Both the position numbers and the translations under genes were made by a program. Positions 56,731 to 64,000 of a DNA stretch of 64,000 bases are shown piece by piece. Source of the stretch: Pseudomonadota bacterium (GTDB lineage: Bacteria > Desulfobacterota > Desulfobulbia > Desulfobulbales > Desulfurivibrionaceae); NCBI GenBank assembly GCA_018830485.1, contig JAHJRQ010000002.1, positions 13,211 to 77,210 on the forward strand, written 5' to 3'. The notes beneath the pieces were generated by a model that saw only the letters and a program-made list of their open reading frames with translations, was not told the DNA's origin and did no database searches. How positions within the stretch are numbered: the stretch's first letter is position 1; each line of letters begins with the position of its first letter.

Positions 56731-58932
56731 TTACCCTTCGTAGAAGATGTAGCTGGTTGTGCCGGATTTTTTTGCCAGGTACATGGCCTTGTCCGCCTTA
56801 TGGAGCAGGGCGTCAATCTGTTTGTCGTCATCGGGATAGATGCTGATGCCGACGCTGGCCGTGATGGTGAGCCGGAGATCATGGAAGGGAATGGGGTCCG
56901 CCAGGGAGGCGATGATTTTTGTCGCTACATGCTGTACCGCTGTTTTGCTGGAGATATCGTGGAGAATCACCACGAATTCATCCCCGCCCATGCGGGCGAC
57001 CGTGTCGGATTCGCGCAGCAGGGTGCGCAATCTGGCGGCTACCTCGATCAGGACGGCATCTCCTGCCAGGTGCCCGTGTGCGTCGTTGATCTGCTTGAAC
57101 TTGTCCAGGTCCACATAGAGGAGGGCGATTTTTTTGCGGTGGCGTTGGCTCAGAATCATGGCCTGGGCCAACCGGTCCGGGAAAATATGTCTGTTGATCA
57201 ATCCGGTGAGGGGGTCATGGTGGGCCAGGTGGGCAATGTGGTCCTGGGCCTGTTTTTTTTGTGCGGCCAGGGCAAAAAGGGAAGCGAAGTGTTCAAGGGT
57301 TTCGAGATCCCGTTTTTCATAGGCATTGGGGCTGTTGGCAACGGAAATGATGCCGAGAAAATCGTGGTTGAACATGGCTGGAACCGCAACAAGGCGGATG
57401 AGGGAGGCCGGGCCGGGAGGAAGGCCCTGTGCCCTGTAGTCGGTGAGCGGCGTGTTTGACAGGATTGCGGTTTTGTTTTCAAGAACCCAACTGACAAGGC
57501 CCTGGGGGGCATGCACACAGGAGCCGCTCTCCTCGCGCATGGTGCACATGTCCCGGATCTCCGGGGAAAAGGCCATGGCCAGCAGGTTGTTGGTCTGCGG
57601 GTCCACCAGGTCTATGATGCCGTATTTGCTTCCGGTCAGCGTCAGGATTTCTTCAAGCAGGGCGCCGGAAATGTCCTTTAAGGAATCCGAGGAGATGATC
57701 ATCCGGGAAATTCTGGCCACGGCCGCGTTCATGGCCGATTCGGCGGCCAGCTTTTTTTCCGCCTGTTTCCGGGCGGTGACATCCTCGAAGATGGCGACCA
57801 CCTCCCCGGATGGCAGCTTGTACAGGTAATTTTCCCGCCAGCCGCTGAGCCGGTTGTCGGTATACAGGGAAATCGGGTGATACTCCGGCCTGCCAGTCTG
57901 CCAGACTCGCTGCAGCGCGGCAAGAAGGCCGAAATCCCTCACCCCGGGGAAGACCTCTTGGAGCGACCTGCCGATCACCTGCTCTTTGCGGATTTTCTCG
58001 ATGCGCTCCGCGGCCCGGTTGAAATCGACAAAAACAAAATCGTTTGCCCCGAGATCTGTTGCCTCATAGACCGCAACCCCGGAGCTCATGTTGTTGAACA
58101 GTTCTCGGAAGCGTGTTTCGTTGGCAAGCAAGGCTTGTTCCGTCTCGCGCCTGTCGCTGACATCCTTGGCCATGAGGATTATGGTCGGGTGGTCTTTCTG
58201 GTGAAGTTCCAGGAAATGGAGGATGACCTGTTTGCCGTTCAGCAGGGTGGGAGGATCGTCTTCGATGAGTTGGGGCAGGCGTTCCGGGTGTGCCAGCAGG
58301 GTGGTAATTCTTTCCTGTGCTTCCGCGCTGAAAAGCGTCACGATGTTTACGGCCAGCAGCTTTTCCTCGGCAAGGTTGCACAGGTCAAGGGCGGCAAGAT
58401 TGACAAAGATTATGGCGCCGTCGGCGGTCAGCTCGAAAACCGCCTCGGACATGTTGTTGATGATGGCTTCAAAATGATTTTTCGAGGAGAGCAGCTCCCT
58501 GGTAATGCTCCGGTATTGAATATCTTCAAGATTCGCCACCGGCTCAAGGGCGGCCGGGGATTTGTCCGTATGGTGGCGGATGATCTCCAGGACGTGTTTC
58601 TGGATGGACTTGATCGATCCCTTGGCGATGCAGGCGTTGGCGCCGAATTCCTTGCAATCGATGTCATTCTCGGCGGCAATGGCGGAAAGAATGACGATGA
58701 ACAGGTCGGTAAATCTGGGGATGCCTCGGATAATCCGGCAGAGCTTGTCGCCGCCGATGTTGGGCATGACCAGATCGACAAAGATGATGTCCGGCGCATA
58801 GACCTCCAGCACGCTGAGGGCCGCCAGGCCATCGCTTGCCGTCATCACCTCGTGGCCTTCCTTTTCCAGGAAATTGGCCAGGAGCTTGAGGATCATCGGG
58901 TGATTGTCCACCACGAGAATTTTTAAGGTCAT
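56731..58932 (-). CDS. response regulator with PAS, PAS/GAF and GGDEF (diguanylate cyclase) domains
   Basis: ILVVDNHP...D.IFVDLVMP receiver, two sensory regions, a C-terminal DPLTGL.NR, RESD I-site and GGDEF active site. Confidence 0.85.
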   Translation of the reverse strand: MTLKILVVDNHPMILKLLANFLEKEGHEVMTASDGLAALSVLEVYAPDIIFVDLVMPNIGGDKLCRIIRGIPRFTDLFIVILSAIAAENDIDCKEFGANACIAKGSIKSIQKHVLEIIRHHTDKSPAALEPVANLEDIQYRSITRELLSSKNHFEAIINNMSEAVFELTADGAIIFVNLAALDLCNLAEEKLLAVNIVTLFSAEAQERITTLLAHPERLPQLIEDDPPTLLNGKQVILHFLELHQKDHPTIILMAKDVSDRRETEQALLANETRFRELFNNMSSGVAVYEATDLGANDFVFVDFNRAAERIEKIRKEQVIGRSLQEVFPGVRDFGLLAALQRVWQTGRPEYHPISLYTDNRLSGWRENYLYKLPSGEVVAIFEDVTARKQAEKKLAAESAMNAAVARISRMIISSDSLKDISGALLEEILTLTGSKYGIIDLVDPQTNNLLAMAFSPEIRDMCTMREESGSCVHAPQGLVSWVLENKTAILSNTPLTDYRAQGLPPGPASLIRLVAVPAMFNHDFLGIISVANSPNAYEKRDLETLEHFASLFALAAQKKQAQDHIAHLAHHDPLTGLINRHIFPDRLAQAMILSQRHRKKIALLYVDLDKFKQINDAHGHLAGDAVLIEVAARLRTLLRESDTVARMGGDEFVVILHDISSKTAVQHVATKIIASLADPIPFHDLRLTITASVGISIYPDDDKQIDALLHKADKAMYLAKKSGTTSYIFYEG

Positions 58933-59017
58933 GGTCCCCCCGGCCTTGATTCTTCTGATTCAATTCTCTGTTGTGTAAGTGTAAGCGGCTGGTCTGTCAA
59001 CAGATATCATTGGCGGC

Positions 59018-59953
59018 TCAGCCGATGATCCAGATCGCCACCTCTTCGGCCATGAGCAGCACCCGGTCCGATACCCCCCGGAAAAGGCCCTTGCTGGCAT
59101 CTTCTCCCCTGCGGCCCATGACGATGGTGCCGAAATCATCGATCAGGGCCTGGCGGAGAATCTGGCGGCTGGGGTCGATGCCCATGAAGGTTTCCAGCCA
59201 GAATATGCGCTCCGCCGGAAAGCCGTTGTCGATGAGGAGTTGCTTAGGGGCATGGAAAAGGCTGTCCTCCCGGCGCAGGTGTTCTTCGCACCACGCTTCG
59301 CCCCAGAGGGAATAGAACTCCTTGGGCTCGATTGTGGGATGGCTGCCCAGCAGGGCCTTTGAATAAAACAGGGTCACTTCGGCTTCGGGGTTGCCGGCAA
59401 GGATAAAGGCCAGATGGTCGATGGCTTTCAGGGAATGGAAGGTGCCGTCCACCGGCACCAGGAATTTATGGGAGTTGACCTGTCCATCGATGATCCACAG
59501 AGGGACATCATGGCATTTCTCCAGGATGGTTGCGGAGACACTGCCCATGATCATCTCTTCCAGCTTGCCGATGCCGCGGCGGCCGATGAGCAGGGCGTCG
59601 TACGTCCCTTGCCGGGCCTCATGGATGATGTCGTGGGGGACGCCCCGCTGGGAGATCCGGACGGAGGTGTGGATCTGCTCTTCGGCAATGCCGAGCCGCT
59701 TGAGGGTGTCCGTGGCCTGAAGCATGTATTTTTTTTGGGCGACCAGCAGTTTTTGTGTGGATGGGCTTACAGCGTTGAGGAGTTCCGCTTCGGTCAGCCA
59801 GTCCTTGGCCGCGGAACCGGCGCTGCTTGCCGGGATGAGGGAGAGAAGGTGAAAGTGGATGTCGGGGAGCTGGTGGAAAAGCCGGCCGAGGTAGCGCAGG
59901 GCGTTGGTGCTGTAGGGTGAGCCGTCAACGGCGATGAGGATTTTTTTCTGCAT
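59018..59953 (-). CDS. tandem universal stress protein (2 x UspA domains)
   Basis: Start ATG 59953 after AGGAGG. KILIAVDGSPYS and FLVPVDGT starts, two G.RG......GSV / GRRG motifs. Confidence 0.8.
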   Translation of the reverse strand: MQKKILIAVDGSPYSTNALRYLGRLFHQLPDIHFHLLSLIPASSAGSAAKDWLTEAELLNAVSPSTQKLLVAQKKYMLQATDTLKRLGIAEEQIHTSVRISQRGVPHDIIHEARQGTYDALLIGRRGIGKLEEMIMGSVSATILEKCHDVPLWIIDGQVNSHKFLVPVDGTFHSLKAIDHLAFILAGNPEAEVTLFYSKALLGSHPTIEPKEFYSLWGEAWCEEHLRREDSLFHAPKQLLIDNGFPAERIFWLETFMGIDPSRQILRQALIDDFGTIVMGRRGEDASKGLFRGVSDRVLLMAEEVAIWIIG

Positions 59954-60037
59954 GCGGGGCCTCCTTGTGCCATGGTCCTGGATAAATGGTACCAAACCTG
60001 GCCGGCAGAGGCAATCTCTCCGTAGGCAAACAGGGAT

Positions 60038-61081
60038 TTAATCAAGATCGTTGTGATAGCCGCACGGGGCGCCGAGATAATTTTTCAAGGTGACGGTTTT
60101 GCCCAGGCTGGTGAGGTAGTTGGGGGTAAGGGGGATCTTGCCCCCCCCGCCCGGGGCGTCAATGGCGAAGGTGGGCACGGCCAGGCCGGAGGTGTGGCCG
60201 ATCAGGGATTGCATGATCCCGATCCCCGTCTCCACCCGGGTTCTGAAATGGTTGGCGCCCAGGGTCATGTCCGCCTGGAAAAGATAATAGGGCTTTACCC
60301 GGATCATGAGCAGCCGGTGCATAAGCTCGGTGATGGTGGCGGCATTGTCGTTGACCCCTTTCAGCAGGACGGTCTGGCTGCCCAGGGGGATTCCGGCCCC
60401 GGCCAGGCGGGCGCACGCCTTGGCCGCTTCGGGGGTTACTTCGTCGGGGTGGTTGAAGTGGGTGTTGAGATAGAGCGGGTGATATCGCTTGAGGATCCCG
60501 GCCAACCGAGAGGTGATCCGCATGGGCAGGGTGCAGGGAACCCGGCTGCCGATGCGGATGATCTGGACCGAGGGGATGGCGCGCAGGTTGTCCAGCAGCC
60601 AGGCCAGGGTTTCGTCGTTCAGGAGCAGCGGATCGCCGCCGGAAATGAGTACATCGCGGATCTGCTTGTTTTTGCGCAGATAGGCAAAGGCGGCCTCCAT
60701 TGTCTTCCGGCTGACGAGCATGCGGCTGGTGCCCACCTTTCTTTTTCTGGTGCAGAACCGGCAGTACATGGCGCACTGGTTTGTCACCAGAAAGAGGACG
60801 CGATCCGGATAGGTATGGACCAGATTTTCCACCGGCGAGCGGTTTTCCTCATCCAGGGGATCGTCAAGGCAGATGGTATCCTCAAGTTCCCGCGGGTCGG
60901 GCACGGCCTGCCGCCACAGAGGGTCACCCGGGGCCTTGATCAGCCCGAGGTAGTAGGGGTTGATCCGCATGGGAAACTGTTCGCTCACGCCCCTTAGGGC
61001 GGAAAAATCGAAGTCGAAATGCCGGGCCAATTGCTCCGGGACGGTTATGCTGCGGGCCAGCAGGTTTTGCCAGTGTGTCAT
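60038..61081 (-). CDS. KamA-family radical SAM protein (lysine 2,3-aminomutase / EpmB-like)
   Basis: Start trimmed to MTHWQ. CAMYCRFCTRKR radical-SAM cluster, DVLISGGDPL, and a PLGSQTVLLKGVND PLP-region pattern. 347 aa is EpmB-sized. Confidence 0.8.
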   Translation of the reverse strand: MTHWQNLLARSITVPEQLARHFDFDFSALRGVSEQFPMRINPYYLGLIKAPGDPLWRQAVPDPRELEDTICLDDPLDEENRSPVENLVHTYPDRVLFLVTNQCAMYCRFCTRKRKVGTSRMLVSRKTMEAAFAYLRKNKQIRDVLISGGDPLLLNDETLAWLLDNLRAIPSVQIIRIGSRVPCTLPMRITSRLAGILKRYHPLYLNTHFNHPDEVTPEAAKACARLAGAGIPLGSQTVLLKGVNDNAATITELMHRLLMIRVKPYYLFQADMTLGANHFRTRVETGIGIMQSLIGHTSGLAVPTFAIDAPGGGGKIPLTPNYLTSLGKTVTLKNYLGAPCGYHNDLD

Positions 61082-61349
61082 TGTCGCAATCCGGTCGAGA
61101 AAAGGGAAGAGGCAGCATGGCAAGGCTGGGGAGCTGTCAAGAAGCACCCGGCGCTGTGCGTTGTTTTGCCGCCGTTGCCGCCGTGCCGGTTCATCGTGCC
61201 GTTTTTTTCACCTAAAAACGAAGGTATGGTGTGAGAGCGGTTTGCCCAAGATCGGGCGGAGCCATACTGGCCCTTTACCGCAAAGAGATACGCGTTTCAA
61301 GCTATATTGCCTCCGCGTGCGGAAGGACCGCGTTAAAAAAATAGATAAA

Positions 61350-61394
61350 GGGAGCCGTGAAAAATCAACAGGAAGTTGATTTTTCACGGCTCCC
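61350..61394 (-). terminator. orphan 20-bp perfect inverted repeat (5-nt loop) with a T-tract on the minus strand; terminator-like
   Basis: GGGAGCCGTGAAAAATCAAC-aggaa-GTTGATTTTTCACGGCTCCC. On the minus strand it is followed by TTTATCTATTTTTTTAAC. It lies in a divergent intergenic region where no annotated gene needs a terminator. Confidence 0.45.
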
Positions 61395-61523
61395 TAAAGA
61401 GAAAAATACTGGTCAGGGTGGAGGCGGAAATGGTATGAAATTTGGTTAGCCTCGGCGCCGGAAAAAGATGATCATGTGTATTGACTGTGACAGTGTTCCA
61501 ATCTCAGCTCGGGTAGCGCATCC

Positions 61524-63260
61524 ATGCCGCAAAACAACTTCCGTTTTCAGTACGATCCCTATGGCAACACCAAGGCGATCGAAGTCTTCAGCCGCTGGCT
61601 CGGAGTGTATGACAACCAGTTCACCAACAAGGGCACCGCCTTTACCCGGGACGAACGGGAACAGCTTCAGTTGGAAGGGACCCTGCCGCCCAGCGTCCGC
61701 ACCCTGGAGCAGCAGGTGGACAATTGTCTGGAAACGCTGGCGCGGAAAACCGGTGATCTGGAGCAGTTTGTCTATCTGCGCTCCCTCTACGACCGGAATG
61801 TGACCCTGGCCCATGCCGTTATCGCCAGCGATATCGAGCGGTTCATGCGGATAATCTACACGCCCACCGTGGGCGAGGCCTGCAAGCAGTATTCTTCCAT
61901 GTTTCGCAAGGCAAACGGGCTGCATTTTTTCCCCGGCAACATCGACCGGGCCGAGGAAATCCTGCGCCGCTTCAAAACCCGGCAGATCCGGGTGGCGGTT
62001 GTCACCGACAATCAAGGCATTCTCGGCATCGGCGATCAGGGGGTGGGCGGGATCTCCATCTGTCTCGGCAAGCTCATGCTCTACACCCAGGGGGCCGGAG
62101 TTGCCCCATGGCATTGTCTTCCCATCTCCCTTGATGTGGGCACGGACAACGCCGCGCTCTTGAACGATCCGAACTATCTCGGCTGGTGGCATCCCCGTTT
62201 GGTGGGGGAGGAGTATCTCGCTTTTGTCCGAAGCTTTGCCAAGGCCTTCAGCGCGGTCTTTCCCCATGCCCTCTGCCAGTGGGAGGATTTTTCCAAGCAG
62301 AAGGCCTTTGCCGTCCGCGACACCTATCTGCATGACCTTGTCTCGTTCAATGACGATATCCAGGGCACCGGGGCCGTGACCCTGGCGGCCTTGCTCAACG
62401 CCATGCAGATCAAGAAGGAACCGCTCACCAAGCAGGTCTATCTGGTGTATGGCGCGGGCGCGGGCGGAGTCGGTATTGCCGAACAGATCGAGACCGCGCT
62501 TGTTGAGGCAGGGCTCGGCCGGGAAGAGGCGAGGGCCAGGATTTTCACCGTGGACAGCAAGGGACTGGTAACCACGGAGCGGGAGCTTGAACCATACAAG
62601 CAGAAATTTGCCAAGGACCCTGCCGCCCTGGATTGGTACCTCGCCAAAACGGACGGCAACCTGTTGAACGTGATCCAGAAAGCGCGGGTTACGGTGCTGA
62701 TCGGCACCTCGGGCCAGCTTGGCGCCTTCAGCAGGTATATTGTTCAGGCCATGCAGGGCAATGCCCGGCGGCCCGTCATTCTGCCGCTCAGCAATCCAAC
62801 GGCCCAGGCGGAGGCGCATCCCGCCGATATCCATAAGTGGACCTCCGGCAGTGCTTTGGTCGCCACGGGCAGCCCCTTTGAGCCGGTGGTCGCCGGAGGG
62901 CTGCCGGTCAGGGTGGGGCAGTGCAACAATGTGTTTATCTTTCCCGGGGTGGGTCTGGGAGTCTTGGCCTCGGGAGCGCAGGAGGTGCTGCCCCAGTTTT
63001 TCACCGCCGCGGCCCAGGCGGTGGCCGGACAGGTGTCGGCAGCGGACCTAAAAAAGGGCATCCTGCTCCCCTCGGTGGCCATGCTGCGTGAGGTGAGCCT
63101 CGCCGTGTCCCTGGCCGTGGGCGAGTCGGCCATCAACCTGGGGGTGGCCCGCCCCTGCGTGTACAGCACCTATCAGCATGATTACAAGCGGGAACGGTTG
63201 CAGCGTCTGGTGGAGATGATGGGCTGGCAGCCCGGGTATCTCCCCCTTGTGCCCCGGTGA
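61524..63260 (+). CDS. maeA: NAD(P)-dependent malic enzyme (large-subunit type)
   Basis: 578 aa. NKGTAFT..ER..L.L.G.LPP, YTPTVG.AC, V.VVTD...ILG.GD.G..G..I..GK, FNDDIQGT, G.GAGG.GIA. Confidence 0.9.
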   Translation: MPQNNFRFQYDPYGNTKAIEVFSRWLGVYDNQFTNKGTAFTRDEREQLQLEGTLPPSVRTLEQQVDNCLETLARKTGDLEQFVYLRSLYDRNVTLAHAVIASDIERFMRIIYTPTVGEACKQYSSMFRKANGLHFFPGNIDRAEEILRRFKTRQIRVAVVTDNQGILGIGDQGVGGISICLGKLMLYTQGAGVAPWHCLPISLDVGTDNAALLNDPNYLGWWHPRLVGEEYLAFVRSFAKAFSAVFPHALCQWEDFSKQKAFAVRDTYLHDLVSFNDDIQGTGAVTLAALLNAMQIKKEPLTKQVYLVYGAGAGGVGIAEQIETALVEAGLGREEARARIFTVDSKGLVTTERELEPYKQKFAKDPAALDWYLAKTDGNLLNVIQKARVTVLIGTSGQLGAFSRYIVQAMQGNARRPVILPLSNPTAQAEAHPADIHKWTSGSALVATGSPFEPVVAGGLPVRVGQCNNVFIFPGVGLGVLASGAQEVLPQFFTAAAQAVAGQVSAADLKKGILLPSVAMLREVSLAVSLAVGESAINLGVARPCVYSTYQHDYKRERLQRLVEMMGWQPGYLPLVPR

Positions 63261-63275
63261 TGCAGGAGCGCACGC

Positions 63276-64000
63276 TCAGAGGAACCCTTTTTCCTTCCAG
63301 AATTTGATGGCGCCTGGATGCATGGGAATGATGATCCCCTTGGCTCCGGAACGCGGGGTCATGTTTTTCAGGGCGGGGCTGAATTTCTCCATGTGGTGTA
63401 ACCCATTTTGGTTGTAAATACTGGAGAGCAGGCGGTAGACCACTTCGTCCGGCACCTCGGCATTGGCCACCCAGAGGGTGGAATCCTGGAAGGACGGGGT
63501 GTTGCGGCTTACCCCCCTATAGGTTCCCTTGGGTACGGCGCGGGGGGTGAAGTAGGGGTATTTTTTGTAAAAGCCGCTGGCTCTGGCTTCGGCATCGAGA
63601 TTAATAAGGTCGATTTTTCCGGTTCTGGCAGCCAGTTCGATGGCGCTGTTGGGGAAGCCGGTAAACAGCCAGAACGCGTCGAGCTGTTTATTGGCAAAGG
63701 CGATGGCAACCTCATTGTAGCCGACATGGCTGGGGATGATGGTGTCCCAGATGCCCAGATGCCTGAAAAAAAGCTCGCAGTTGGCAAGGGCTCCTGAACC
63801 GGGGCTGCCGACCCCCACCCTTTTACCCTTGAGATCCTTGACCCTGCGTATGCCGGAACCTTTGCGGACCACGAGCTGGGCCGGCGCGCCATAGAGGGAG
63901 GCCACGGCCAGGACCTTGTCATAGCGATTGCCGTCGTCTTGCAGCAGGCCGTTGCGTCCGAGATAGGCATGGCCGGAATAGACCAGGCCGAAATCGGCTT
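63276..64000 (-). CDS. TAXI-family TRAP transporter solute-binding protein (5' end outside the window)
   Basis: The reading frame stays open to the window edge (..FGLVYSGHAYLGRNGL...VLAVASLYG). DLKGKRVGVG.PGSG, D.FW.....P..A..EL, and C-terminal HPGA.KFWKEKG are typical of the TAXI family. Confidence 0.75.
   Translation of the reverse strand, partial: ADFGLVYSGHAYLGRNGLLQDDGNRYDKVLAVASLYGAPAQLVVRKGSGIRRVKDLKGKRVGVGSPGSGALANCELFFRHLGIWDTIIPSHVGYNEVAIAFANKQLDAFWLFTGFPNSAIELAARTGKIDLINLDAEARASGFYKKYPYFTPRAVPKGTYRGVSRNTPSFQDSTLWVANAEVPDEVVYRLLSSIYNQNGLHHMEKFSPALKNMTPRSGAKGIIIPMHPGAIKFWKEKGFL

Noticed and set aside
58993-59004. TCTGT-CA-ACAGA dyad upstream of the GGDEF gene. A similar ACTGT-G-ACAGT dyad lies at 61484..61494 upstream of maeA. 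Both overlap TTGAC-type -35 boxes and could be a shared operator.
   Set aside because: The arms are only 5 bp long and the spacings differ (2 versus 1 nt). Such matches are expected by chance in 64 kb, so the evidence for a common regulator site is insufficient.
61082-61349. Possible lysine (L-box) riboswitch in the kamA leader
   Set aside because: I could not find the conserved L-box core elements by eye on the minus strand. Only a covariance-model scan could settle this, so it is not reported as a feature.
61446-62834. 462-aa minus-strand ORF
   Set aside because: It is antisense to the malic enzyme gene and has no recognisable motifs.
1-64000. CRISPR arrays, rRNA/tRNA genes, toxin-antitoxin or restriction/defence modules
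   Set aside because: I scanned the intergenic regions and the ORF list. I saw no regularly spaced repeats, no cloverleaf-like or rRNA-like segments, and no nuclease, helicase or methylase defence signatures.

Overview
High-GC chromosomal segment with no rRNA, tRNA, CRISPR or mobile-element genes that I could recognise. The gene content (sigma-54 enhancer-binding proteins, remA-yicC-gmk arrangement, TreT, a probable selenoprotein) suggests a Desulfobacterota/deltaproteobacterial genome, but this is a low-confidence inference. Gene order: (1) housekeeping genes rpsA'-rlmB-gmk-remA-yicC-hldA. (2) A minus-strand trehalose operon: tandem-repeat protein, treT, glgX/treX, treZ, treY. (3) A minus-strand sigma-54 module: PAS histidine kinase, NtrC-type activator, a consensus -24/-12 promoter, a degenerate receiver, then an exported three-rhodanese protein whose first catalytic loop is interrupted by an in-frame TGA followed by a SECIS-like hairpin. 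This candidate selenoprotein circuit is the most interesting item. (4) A block of exported and membrane proteins ending in a multicopper oxidase fused to a CopB-like outer-membrane barrel. (5) dnaE. (6) A ~20 kb LPS/glycan locus: rfbACDB, waaE-like, waaC, a second GT9, waaL, GT2/GT4 genes, two divergent GT10-like and one GT11 fucosyltransferase-like genes, three methyltransferases, msbA and galE. It contains a visibly low-GC mosaic core and a glycosyltransferase gene remnant. (7) cysK, an HTH/Cys-rich regulator, an HDOD protein, comM, a REC-PAS-GAF-GGDEF protein, a tandem Usp, a KamA-family radical SAM enzyme, a malic enzyme, and a partial TAXI-TRAP binding protein. All family assignments come from motif recognition in the translated ORFs. 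No database search was run.
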